A DNA stretch of 63,999 nucleotides, filler included, from Stramenopiles sp. TOSAG23-3 (taxonomy: Eukaryota): the NCBI GenBank assembly GCA_900128585.1. It is 5 parts of 5 records of this genome, joined end to end, with 100 filler letters (N's around TTAATTAATTAA, not from the genome) between each part and the next. Parts side by side here need not be neighbours in the genome. Positions count along the whole stretch, not along the records: positions 1 to 15,488 come from LT642520.1; 4 more parts are not named here. One strand, given 5' to 3'. Both the position numbers and the translations under genes were made by a program. A model generated the notes under the pieces. That model saw nothing but the letters and a program-made list of their open reading frames with translations. It searched no databases and was not told the DNA's origin. Shown here piece by piece: positions 1-10,500 of the stretch. Every line of letters begins with the position of its first letter. The first letter of the stretch is position 1.

Positions 1-77
1 GGGGCAACTCCTTTTTACGACTGGTTGCCGCCGCATCGAAATCGGGTTTTGCTGGGGCGTGGTACATGTTTCGCGGC

Positions 78-635
78 CTACTCTTCGCCGCTGATGACAA
101 CGCAGGCAGCAAAACCAACCAACCCGACCGTTGTTACTGCCAAACATTTTAAGCATCCTATACATTGCGTAAACTTCCACCTCTTCCTGCCATGACTGCA
201 ATAGAGGACATCATTGGTTTTATTACCCCCTTCCACTGACCTGAGTCCATCATGGCACTCGCATCCGCAACATTCACGCTTTTCAGTCAGTGCACCCGTC
301 AATTTCACGGCCACATATTGTACATCTTTAATTCCATCTTCATACTTCAATACGGCTTCTTCCCCATAGCGCATTGAAAGGATACCCTCTGCTATCCAGT
401 CGGACACACAATAAGTATTATCAGAATTAAGTATCTCTCTGTCCATCTCAATTTGTGATGGAATACCTTTATCCCATGCAAACTGAGAATCTCGATACAG
501 CCCCCTTGAAGAATCTTCTACGTCATCGAGCAAATTGTTTCCATACAACTTGAGCTCTTTTACGGTTTCCGCGTCTATTTTAGTTGCATTGGAATCTATT
601 GCTTTCTGAAAATTTCTGTAGTTTTGACAGGCCTT
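78..635 (-). CDS. Open frame encoding a Cys-rich hypothetical polypeptide; probably the frameshifted continuation of ORF 596-1885
   Basis: The ORF-track frame (78-548, TTG start) stays open upstream to 635 and overlaps the end of ORF 596-1885 by 40 nt. There is no ATG near its start. Cys clusters: CCGCEC, CSH, CIGC. Confidence 0.4.
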   Translation of the reverse strand, partial: KACQNYRNFQKAIDSNATKIDAETVKELKLYGNNLLDDVEDSSRGLYRDSQFAWDKGIPSQIEMDREILNSDNTYCVSDWIAEGILSMRYGEEAVLKYEDGIKDVQYVAVKLTGALTEKRECCGCECHDGLRSVEGGNKTNDVLYCSHGRKRWKFTQCIGCLKCLAVTTVGLVGFAACVVISGEE

Positions 636-1885
636 TTAATGTCTGACCGTATATCAAACAGGACTTTAATGTGCTTCTTAGCAACCGCTGGGCAGCCCTG
701 AAGTATCTTTTCAAACTCCTCCTTTAAATCTTTCGCCAACAGATCGTTTTTGTGGAACAGCTCGACCCTATAGCCTCTTTTGGGGGGGAGGTGTGATGTC
801 TGCAAAACATCGTATATAAATTCAGGATCATCGTTGTAAGGTTGATGTTGTAGGAGCTTGCTTCGTACGGTTTCGTACTCATACTTTTCTGCATCTATTT
901 TCATTATTTTTGACGTTGGGTACGAAAATAAAATACGATCTGGTCGAATCGTTTGGTATCTCGGATCATCAGAAAGCGGGTCAATCAACTCACCGCAACA
1001 GTCAGGACCACGCGGTAGATTGTCACCCACCCCGAGAACCTTCTTACGAGTCTTTAGCCACGCCTGCCCTAAAGAATTTGGTTTTGAGGGCTTTTTCTCG
1101 TCAGTAAAATTGACATGATGGAACCTAGTGCTGGCACCGCCAAGCGGAACTGGTAATATTTCTATCTCTAGGGTGTTTTCGTTTTCAATCCAATTACGAG
1201 GGAGGTTATCCTTTTCAAGTGGCAGCACATGTGCTGCGTAAACTAAATCGCCTTTAAACTGCCCATCGGAATATTGGCACAGACGCCTATTTGGCCGTGG
1301 CCCATCCTTCACCCCAGCCGTTATTACTCGCTTTTTGACGCACTTACTAAACACAGGCCGGGAATGTTCAACAAGTGGTACAGGACTAATGCAACAAGGC
1401 TGGAAACCGGAAGATAAGACACTATCGCGGTCTATGACATCTTTCAATACCAATATCCCAACCGTTAGGTCTTTTTCGTCGTGTTTTTCCAGCAGAAGAG
1501 CAGACACGTAGTTCACTGTAGCTTGCAACTGCAAAAATTCGAAATGGAAAAAATCTACCATCAGTCGTATAACGGGTGGATTTTTTTTGTTTTTATCCTT
1601 TTCTTCAGAGCAACACACCTGAAACCCGGAGCAGGAGTCTTGGATTGGGACGCTGCTTCCTAAAGCAATATTTCGTGCAGCAATTTCACTTCTTTTAAAG
1701 TAAGCTGTCAGCTGTTTAGTTATATATTCTCTTGAGACCAATCTCGCATTCTGTCCAGAAATAATGTACGTTAGCCTAGACGAGGTATTTATCGGGAGGT
1801 ACCCGTCTGATTCCGATAGCGGTTTCCACTCCGAGTTCGACGCTGGTTGCTTCAGGGGATTTGCATGGGGTTTCACTTCTGCCAT
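596..1885 (-). CDS. Hypothetical protein, 429 aa (possibly the N-terminal part of a longer frameshifted gene)
   Basis: Long ATG-started ORF with coding-like composition; no family recognised. Confidence 0.6.
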   Translation of the reverse strand: MAEVKPHANPLKQPASNSEWKPLSESDGYLPINTSSRLTYIISGQNARLVSREYITKQLTAYFKRSEIAARNIALGSSVPIQDSCSGFQVCCSEEKDKNKKNPPVIRLMVDFFHFEFLQLQATVNYVSALLLEKHDEKDLTVGILVLKDVIDRDSVLSSGFQPCCISPVPLVEHSRPVFSKCVKKRVITAGVKDGPRPNRRLCQYSDGQFKGDLVYAAHVLPLEKDNLPRNWIENENTLEIEILPVPLGGASTRFHHVNFTDEKKPSKPNSLGQAWLKTRKKVLGVGDNLPRGPDCCGELIDPLSDDPRYQTIRPDRILFSYPTSKIMKIDAEKYEYETVRSKLLQHQPYNDDPEFIYDVLQTSHLPPKRGYRVELFHKNDLLAKDLKEEFEKILQGCPAVAKKHIKVLFDIRSDIKRPVKTTEIFRKQ

Positions 1886-2549
1886 GGCTATCCAATAATA
1901 TATGAGATAGTTTCAATCTCACAATAGGCATTCGAGAAGATCTTGTAACCCAATATCTTTCAACCATGAACACATTTCCAAACCATCATGCATTGGGCAC
2001 TCTCAGAATTGCGAGTTAGGGAAGGGAGGGAGACAAGCACAGACCGGACTATTAACGTCCCGAATTACTGCTATATTATTATTTTTTCGACGAACTACTA
2101 CTAATACGAATAATAAAGAAGCGTAGGTGGTGTAGAATATTATACTACATAGCTGTAGTAAGAGCACAAAGAATTATTATTTCTTTATACTGCCCGGCTA
2201 GTCAGTCTAGTCCGTCTATTATTCAAATTTAAATCGCTCGCGAAGAAGAAGAATTTACAGCCACTAGCACCACATCCTTGAGAGTCCAAAGAAGTGCCTG
2301 CCCCCCCCCTTTTTTGTTTTTGTTTTTGGTTTTCCTCATCATTTGATTCATAATTAATTAGCCTGCAGAGCATTGGATCACACTTTAACCGCTAAAATAT
2401 TACAACAATTAAAAAATCCCTGATATGTTTGAACCATTACCTAAACTTTGTTGGCAGATATCTTTTGCGGGGTGCAACAAAAGAGTTAACAGTGGCCAGA
2501 GCGGGCGTATCTCTGTTTTGCATTTATCTGGGTATGCACGAATAGAAAA

Positions 2550-4652
2550 ATGAAACAGGATAGAAATTCGTGGGACCCGGCCGTGATACATGCGGGCAAA
2601 ACTGAGAGCAAACTCTTGTTACACGAGTTGTTCGTAATGTTTGCGTTGCAGTGTCCCCCGCCTAGCGGTACAGACGAGCGCGGTAACGTTGTCCCCTTGG
2701 ATAATTTTCATAAGAATCAAGTGAGAAAAACATTGATAGAGCTTTCTAATCGACTAAGGGTGACCGTCTCCGAAGGAGACCAGGAACATATAACGAACAG
2801 CTTGTTATCAAAACTAAAGATTCATTTTGCTCGCAACAACACTCACGATTGCAGTGTAAAAAATTGCTGCTGTGTCCGGGCTGCAACTTCTTGTAGCAAA
2901 AGAAACGCGTTTCCTCGACTGAAGCTGTTGTGCAGTACCGCGCTAGCTTATTTTGACATTGTAAGTGATCTTTTTGTTTTCATCGCCATCATAGCCCTAG
3001 TAGGAGACTTCAAATCTCGCAGGCATTGGATATACTGGTCCCTTCTTTATTTCCTAGCACCCGCTGTGCTTCACACGTATTACATAGTTTATTGTGAAGG
3101 ATGGAAAGACAGGTCTTTAAAGTTTAGAGTTAAAGATGCGATCATCAATATTCTCATGCTGCGCCCAATAATGGAGCTGATAAAATCTTGTAGAGTGTCC
3201 ATCCAACTCGAAGAGGACGATCTGGATGATGACGACATGGACCTTAAATATGCTATGAACATAACTGATGACTTCAAATCAGAGAGTTTCATTATCTACA
3301 AGACATTGGAACTAGCAACGGAATCACTCCCTCAAATTTTTTTGCAAGTAGTTGTTTTGGCAAAAGTATGGGACGATTGGTATATTAGCTCAAATCTGGA
3401 CAGTAGTATAGACAGTGGTCAGTGCGGAAACCAACTGGTCTTCATCGTGTCTTTGGTTGTCAGTGGAATTCAGGTCGGGGTCACATTGCAGGATCTACTG
3501 GAAAGGGATGTTCCGTACGGGGTTTTCCCTTCAATAATATCTATCGGCATGCGCCAACCGAACTGTGGCAAGTGGCTGTGGCAACTTGTGGCTGCGCTAT
3601 ATTACGCGTCTGGAATTTTTCTGCGGCTAGGCACCTGGTTACCATTCTGTGTGGTTTTTGGGTTTACAAATGGTTACGTTTTACCGTATATTTTTATTTT
3701 CCTCGTCAGGTTTGTTTTAATTTCTGTGTTGCTAGCCGAATGTAAATTAAACGGAATCGATCGAGTGAGGGCGCTAAATGAAAATTTAGCCAAGTATGAC
3801 CTTGATGTGGTGGGCGACGACCCTGTCACTTCATCAAAATCGATAGGAAAGGTGAGGCTCAGCGCCAGAACATCGAAAGGAGAGATGCAGCGTCCAGGCA
3901 GGTCTAGGAAAAGGTTGCGGAAGACGACAGGGAAAAAGTTTGAAGTAAGTTTTAAGTGCGATGGTTTTAATGCACTAGTAGCAGAGTCAATGCCATGGGT
4001 TTTGCTGTCTATCTTCGTAGATTTACCCTTGTGCATGAAATGGCTTCGGGGAACAGATTCTGTATCGCGGAGTGATAATTATGCCCACTCAAGCCGTTTT
4101 TTTGTCATAACGAATCTTATTTCTTTAGTCGAAAATGTTTTTATGGCATTAATGGCAATGTGGTTCTCCGAACTTGAGTTGCTGACCTGCGAGAAAGTGA
4201 AGCCTACGCGTGCGAAAACGTTATATGCAATGGCCGTTCGTTGCAGAGAGGGCTTAGCCACAGACGAAGCAAATGTCACGAAAACGTTCTATGAATGTCG
4301 ATCGCGGTCGGCAAAAATTCATTCCGAATTATTCTATACTTTCATTAATTCGGAGGAAGTGCGATCATCTTATTTAACCGGATTTCTAGTTCTGGTGTTC
4401 GTGCGAATTTTTGTTTCCGTGGTGCTTTATACGTTGACCTGGTCCCGCAAATACTGTGTCCCTAAAAAATCGACAAAGGACAGACGGAGTTCCCAGGAAA
4501 TGATGGACCTTCAGAATATTGGGAGAAAAGCCAGTAAGTCCACAGACGCGGTAGAAATTGTCCAAAAGAGCTTCTCTCATAATAAGCCTACCCACCAAAG
4601 AAGTCGTAGGGACAACAAGAGGGCTGCAAATCTGGCTCCGCCGTCTTATTGA
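2550..4652 (+). CDS. XK-related (Xkr scramblase-like) multi-pass membrane protein
   Basis: 700-aa ORF with YFDIVSDL in the first TM, ELATESLPQIFLQ (the XK-family ES.PQ..LQ signature) and many hydrophobic helices. Confidence 0.75.
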   Translation: MKQDRNSWDPAVIHAGKTESKLLLHELFVMFALQCPPPSGTDERGNVVPLDNFHKNQVRKTLIELSNRLRVTVSEGDQEHITNSLLSKLKIHFARNNTHDCSVKNCCCVRAATSCSKRNAFPRLKLLCSTALAYFDIVSDLFVFIAIIALVGDFKSRRHWIYWSLLYFLAPAVLHTYYIVYCEGWKDRSLKFRVKDAIINILMLRPIMELIKSCRVSIQLEEDDLDDDDMDLKYAMNITDDFKSESFIIYKTLELATESLPQIFLQVVVLAKVWDDWYISSNLDSSIDSGQCGNQLVFIVSLVVSGIQVGVTLQDLLERDVPYGVFPSIISIGMRQPNCGKWLWQLVAALYYASGIFLRLGTWLPFCVVFGFTNGYVLPYIFIFLVRFVLISVLLAECKLNGIDRVRALNENLAKYDLDVVGDDPVTSSKSIGKVRLSARTSKGEMQRPGRSRKRLRKTTGKKFEVSFKCDGFNALVAESMPWVLLSIFVDLPLCMKWLRGTDSVSRSDNYAHSSRFFVITNLISLVENVFMALMAMWFSELELLTCEKVKPTRAKTLYAMAVRCREGLATDEANVTKTFYECRSRSAKIHSELFYTFINSEEVRSSYLTGFLVLVFVRIFVSVVLYTLTWSRKYCVPKKSTKDRRSSQEMMDLQNIGRKASKSTDAVEIVQKSFSHNKPTHQRSRRDNKRAANLAPPSY

Positions 4653-5190
4653 GAAGGGGAAAACTACAGCTTTTTCCTCTCGAAAGTTACAAGATATATT
4701 AATAATTACACCACCAACACTAAAGAGCCTATACTTTTTTGGCGTTTACTATGTGTGCAATAGCATTTAACGGATTCAACGATATGCTGTTGATGGACTC
4801 TGGTGTAAACATTAAATGGGACGTGTTGTCGGTAATAGTTTTATCCCCATAATCACCTACCCACACCATCCTTCCGCCAAACTAAGCACGAAAACTATCA
4901 AGACCATAGAAATAAATACAATGCTACCGCTAGGATTCTTAATTGTATATATAAAATAGGACTAGAATCGCCATCCATAAAAACTACAACAATGCTATCC
5001 CATTTCTACCCTTCTCAGGTTCAGGACAGAAGGAGTAAACGACCTGAGGGCGTAGTGTGTGAAGTTTTAAGTATGTTATGCCTATGTCGCTTTTATTGTT
5101 GGGCACCTGGAAAGCCGTATATGAGTACAGGGGCAAGTGTATTATTATACCAGCCAAACTCCTGTGATAGACAAGTGTAGATTTAGTATA

Positions 5191-5252
5191 CTTCAGCGAA
5201 TTTTTTTCTATTATAATTCTGCTCTTCAGCGAATTTTTTTCTATTATAATTC
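5191..5252. repeat. Tandem duplication with a 33-bp period (cttcagcgaatttttttctattataattc x2)
   Basis: An identical 29-nt core starts at 5191 and at 5224. Confidence 0.9.
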
Positions 5253-5757
5253 GTGCTTTACTACGAATCACCCACTAATCGCCCCCTACTCGACTCCCAT
5301 TATTATTATAATAATTAATTAAAAGAATTTTGTTGTAGTTGTTGGGTGTGTTAAAATAAATAATATACAACAACAATACCTATCGTTTATTAATACCTTA
5401 AATGAAAAATCGAAAAAAAAGAAGAAGGAGAAGGAGAAGAAAGGAAGAAGAATATAAATAATAATTATTTGATGATAGTTATGAAGGGAGAAAAAATGGG
5501 GTAAAGAAGAAGCAAGAAGTCTTCTTCTTCTTCCTGCCTTGGTGGTGGCCCCCTCCGGTAAAATGTTAGTTTTGTTCATAGAAGATTCGATCGATTGCGT
5601 TTGACAAACCAAAGCAAATGATTGGAAAAGATCAAAAAGAGAAAAGAAAGAGACTATGCATTAATATAAATACTATATGTATAAATGTAGCCGGCTATTC
5701 AATCAATACAAAGTACAAGATCCTGTTTTTTAGAACTGTTGCGAAGAAAACGAGAAA

Positions 5758-7233
5758 ATGACGACACTCGCGAACGACGACCCTCGCGTGCCGGTGACTG
5801 TCCTGACGGGCTTTTTGGGAAGCGGTAAGACAACTTTGCTGAACCACATCTTGACCGTAAACCACGGGAAGAAGCTGGCAATTATTGAGAACGAATTTGG
5901 AGAAGTGGGTATCGACGACAAATTGATCCAGAAAAATTCGCGGATGCAAGCGGCCGAAGAGATCATCGAAATGATGAACGGGTGCATCTGCTGCACGGTG
6001 CGCCAGGACCTTGTCGTCGTGCTCAACAAGCTGGCCGCTAAGGTGGCCAACGGGCTCAAACTGGACGGCATCATCATCGAGACGACCGGTCTAGCCGACC
6101 CCGCGCCGGTAGCCCAAACGTTCTTTGTGGACGACAAAGTCAAAGCATTTGCCCGGCTCGACGGGATCATAACTCTCGTCGATGCCAAGCACATCGAGAA
6201 GCACCTTGACGAAGAGAAACCGGAGGGCGCCGAGAACGAGGCTGTCGAGCAGGTGGCCTTTGCAGACCGGCTGCTGGTCAACAAGGTGGACCTGGTCACG
6301 GACGAGGAGCTTCGACGCGTCGAGGCACGTCTCAAAACGATCAATGCGTTCGCACCTATCGTCCGATCGCAACAATCGCGCGTGTCAGTCGACAGTGTAC
6401 TGAACATCAAGGGCTTTGACCTCGCACGGACGCTGGAGATGGACCCAGAGTTTCTTGATACGGACGCGGAGCATGTGCACGACGAGTCAATTGGCAGCCT
6501 TAGCATCTGCGCGGACGGCGATGTCCACATGATGCTCGTGAACGACTTCATTAGTGATGTTCTTCAGAGACTAGGGAATGACATCTTTCGCATGAAGGGA
6601 GTCTTGGCTGTTGCTGGGAGCGCTGAAAAGTTCGTGTACCAAGGCGTCCACATGATATTCGACGGTGAATTCCAGGGACAATGGGGGGGCACGGAAAACC
6701 GGTCGTGTTGTCTCGTCTTCATTGGCAAAAATCTCGACAAGGCCGCCCTTGAAAACGACTTTCGCAAATGCCTTTGCATTCCTGAGAATGCGGATCGCAT
6801 CGCCGCCATCCAGCGCATCAAGCTCATGGAACGAGTGGGGCAACAGCTCCTTAGCGCGGCCCACCGCGACGACGTTCGCGCTATTGAGTCCCTCCTCGCT
6901 TCCGGTGTCGACATCAACCATGGAAACGGTGTTGGACAGACGGCGCTTCACATCGCTTGCATTTGGGGAAATGCCTCTGCAGTTCAGGCGCTCATTGATA
7001 ATGGTGTTGACGTAAACCGTACGAACGGTCCCCAGCTGGGAAAGCAGACCGCGTTGCACTCGTTGGCCTCCCGCACAACCAACCCAGCAAAACGGTTGGA
7101 TTGTGCCCGCGCCCTAGTCGCTGCCGGTGCTGACATTCGTGCGGCGGACGTCATGGGACAGATTCCCTGTCAAATACTGGATCGGAAGGGCAACTCTGTG
7201 CCAGGGCTGCGCGCAATTTTGACCCCGAAATAG
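5758..7233 (+). CDS. cobW: CobW/COG0523 (ZNG1-like) G3E metallochaperone GTPase with C-terminal ankyrin repeats
   Basis: PVTVLTGFLGSGKTT Walker A, IENEFGE, GCICC metal motif, IETTGLADP, NKVD and CobW_C (IFRMKGVL..YQGVH..LVFIGKNL), followed by ankyrin repeats (GQTALHIAC, KQTALHSLA). Confidence 0.93.
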   Translation: MTTLANDDPRVPVTVLTGFLGSGKTTLLNHILTVNHGKKLAIIENEFGEVGIDDKLIQKNSRMQAAEEIIEMMNGCICCTVRQDLVVVLNKLAAKVANGLKLDGIIIETTGLADPAPVAQTFFVDDKVKAFARLDGIITLVDAKHIEKHLDEEKPEGAENEAVEQVAFADRLLVNKVDLVTDEELRRVEARLKTINAFAPIVRSQQSRVSVDSVLNIKGFDLARTLEMDPEFLDTDAEHVHDESIGSLSICADGDVHMMLVNDFISDVLQRLGNDIFRMKGVLAVAGSAEKFVYQGVHMIFDGEFQGQWGGTENRSCCLVFIGKNLDKAALENDFRKCLCIPENADRIAAIQRIKLMERVGQQLLSAAHRDDVRAIESLLASGVDINHGNGVGQTALHIACIWGNASAVQALIDNGVDVNRTNGPQLGKQTALHSLASRTTNPAKRLDCARALVAAGADIRAADVMGQIPCQILDRKGNSVPGLRAILTPK

Positions 7234-7518
7234 TTAAGGTTTGATCCAGGAAAGTAATCCAGCGACGGGAGGCGAGAGCGTTGCTGACACGCTTCAGGAT
7301 TTAAAAGTTTTAAGAGTGATTCGGTTGTTCATATTAATAAAATTAGCGCGGGCCATATTGATTAAAAACAAGAAATTGGCTGTTATGTTATCATATACTA
7401 TTAAAAAAATATTGTAGTATTATTAAAAGAGTCGTCAAAATTTGTATTATTTAAGTGTGAAAGAAAGAAAAACACTTTATATTTTCCTCCTAAGACTTAA
7501 AATAACACGATATTATGT

Positions 7519-10500
7519 TTATTGTTCTTTCTCCGAATCTATGCGTCGTGCCACGCGCTGGAAAATATTGGTGCTTGCTCCGCCTGTTGCATTATGCTCC
7601 CCGCCTTGGCTCTGAGCCTCATTGCTTTGGGATTGGCCGCTGGCATCAAAAGGGTTTTCCCATTGCGTTTCACCCGTCAATGAGTTTATGTAATACGTCA
7701 TGCCACTGTCCTCGTCAAACCCTTCTGTCCATTCTGCCTCGGCGGGCTGAGAGACCGTGGGGGGCACTTCTTCTTCCGCGACAACGCCTGTATTTGCTCC
7801 CCCGTTTTCGGCAATCTCCAGGCGCTGCAGTGCTTCCGCCTTAAGTTCCCGAAAACCCTCGCCTTCGTTATCTGGAATCAAATATGCTATCGAACGGATG
7901 GATTCCACTCCCTTAGCTTTCTCCAATGCGTCTCGTAGACCGGACAAGCGTTCGATTCTTAAGTTTTCCTCTGCTTTTGTTGCCCTTTCGACCTCTTTCT
8001 TTTTCCTTTCGTTTTGCCTCTCGAAACGTTCTTTCTCTGCCTTATCTGCTAAAGCCTTCAAATGGGACTCGTATTCCCGGCACTGGCGCTCCTCGTCTGC
8101 CATGATGTTTCGCTCCATGGCTTCTGCGGCAAGTTCTTTCCTCTTCTCTGCAGCAAGTTTGATGGATTCTTCACGCTGCTTCCTGGCGTTATGCTGATGC
8201 TCCAGAAGAACGTCGTTTGCCCGAAGCCGGCCTAAGTGTCCACGGGCTACTCGTTGCATTTGCACTGCAGCACGTATTCTTGCTTTCCCAAGCTCTTCCA
8301 ATTTCAAACTTTGCGCCTTGGCCTTTCTCCGACCCTCGTAACCTCGCCACACTCGCTGAATATCAATGGATCCTTGGATAGAGTTTTGTACAAATTTCTG
8401 GTGTTGGGATTTCTGGTACTCGGTCCGTTCTAGTTTCCCCCTGATGTGCTTCTGGATGACAGTTGCGGCCTCCCTTTCTTGCAGCACTAGCAATTGACGT
8501 CCGTGTTTACGAGCATGAACTGCTTCTCGCGCCACCTTCCCTCGTCTCATCTTTTGAATCATGGTAGCTGCGTGACTTCTTTTTCTGCGCTCGTCTAGTG
8601 CTTCGTATTTTTGATGGGCATGTTTTCGACCAATTCTACCTCGTGCTATCCTTTGAATGTTGATTGCTGCGAAATGCTGCTCTTCCAGCCCTTTGCTCTC
8701 GACCATCGTTCGTCTATCGTTAGCTTTATTTCTTCCTGCCTTGCCTCGGTACACACGTTGGATACTGTTTGCGGCAAAATGCCTACTTCTTTTGGCTTTA
8801 ACTGTTTCACGCCCACCAAAACCACGGTACGTTCGCTGTATCGCGACGGCTGCAGCATCGTTTCTAGCCCTGGCATCGGCTTCCTTTTGCTTGAAGGCTT
8901 CCTTTTCTTCACGAAGGGTCGCTGTATACTTTCGGTCCCGTGCGCCCCTCGCGGTTTTCTGGATTTTCGTAGCGGCATTGTTCATTGTAATCTCTTCTCT
9001 TCGTTTAATCTCCCGTTCCATCTCCTTCTCCCTCTCTATCCTAAGTCGATGGCGTTCCGCTTCTTCTGCTTTTCGTTTTTCCTCCGCTCGCACTTGGCGC
9101 GCTATTTCTTTTCTTCGTAGTGCACTGTCCCTAATCTTCCGACCAATTCTTCCCCTCCACATTTTTTGAACCATTTCTACGCCCTTTTGTTTTCGTTGAA
9201 AGTGCAACAAAAAGTGCCACCGGTCGAGTTTTGCTTTGTGCCAGGATTGAATCATATCCACCGCTTTTTTCATACGTTTTATTCTAATGCGAGTAAGCGT
9301 TGTCCGCCAGAATGCTTGCAGAATGGTGGCTGCCTTTTCATTACGGCGTTTTCTCATCTCCTCCGCAATGATCATAGCGCGCTTGCGAGCCTTTATTCCT
9401 TTAAATGCCCTCTGCAACGTTTTTGCAGCGGAATTCGACTCCTGTTCTCTGATTCTTTCCTCCGCTTTTTGGTTCAGGATGCATTCTCGATAAAACGCTG
9501 CTCGTCGGACCCGCGCTATCTTTCTGTTAAAAACAACTTTCGTCGCATACATCCGAAAAATGCTCTCTATCTTGGTGGCTGATCGCACTTCGCGAGTCTT
9601 CTTTTTCAAAAATAACAATAGTCGTTTTGACCGGATAAATCGTTGTACAACGATGGCTGCCAAGTGCCGAAGTCTATGAAGACGTTTCACTTTGTTCCTA
9701 TCTCGTATGCCGCGGCGTACGCGTTGGATAAAAATGGCACTATTGCGCTGAATTCGTCTATTCTTTTTTTGGGTGCAAAACATCTTCCATGCCCCCCATG
9801 GGTGCAAAACCAATATTTTTCGTGCATGTTTTACAGCTTGGTCCATTTTTTTCTTTGCGTCCAGCACTTGACGCGCCTTCATGGATCGCCACGCGTTCTG
9901 GAAAGATGTTGCAGCCATTCTAGCCCGGTAGCTGGACGGCCAGTTGCTCCTTTCCAGTCCCCATTGCCTCCGATCCATTTCGTCCGTGATATTTTGTAAT
10001 ATCATTCTCGCTGTCCCCTCGGCATTCCTTAAGTCTTGAATAGCCAGTGCATTGCCGGCGTATAAACCCGTCCCCAGTGCAAGTCCAAGCCTATCGCTAG
10101 CTTCTAACAATTGCTTCTCAAAGTATTCTCCCGTGTCAAAGTTCAAAAATGAAAGCCTTGGGATCCGCTTAACCAAAGCGTTTTGGGCATCCTGGAGTTG
10201 CAGTAGTGTGTCCACAGAGTCTATTCTAGTCACGGCTTCAACGACAAGAGGCTGGATCGCGGTCAATAAATTGTCTGGAATAACATCCCCACTCCGCAGT
10301 GAGCTGCCTAGTTTCGATGTTAATTTTGATGCCGTTTTGTACGCCTCCGCCGCTTGGTTTATGCTCATATAATTGACCTTGGAACTGATTCGGTAGCGTA
10401 ATATACCAAGCAGTCTGGCCTTGAAAGCAAGGAGTTGTTGTTCCAAGCTCATCAGCCTCCTTCGAAATGTCCCCTCTGGTGAAAACGTTACGCTTGGGTC

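Noticed and set aside
2092..2143. Resemblance to 32872-32940 (actactact..aatacgaa..gtgtagaatatta)
   Set aside because: Short matches in low-complexity DNA; cannot be separated from chance without a genome-wide search.
5730..7059. Long antisense/overlapping ORFs over cobW (and similar ones over the IQ, CCDC151, WW and giant genes)
   Set aside because: Shadow ORFs caused by codon bias on the coding strand; they show no protein motifs.
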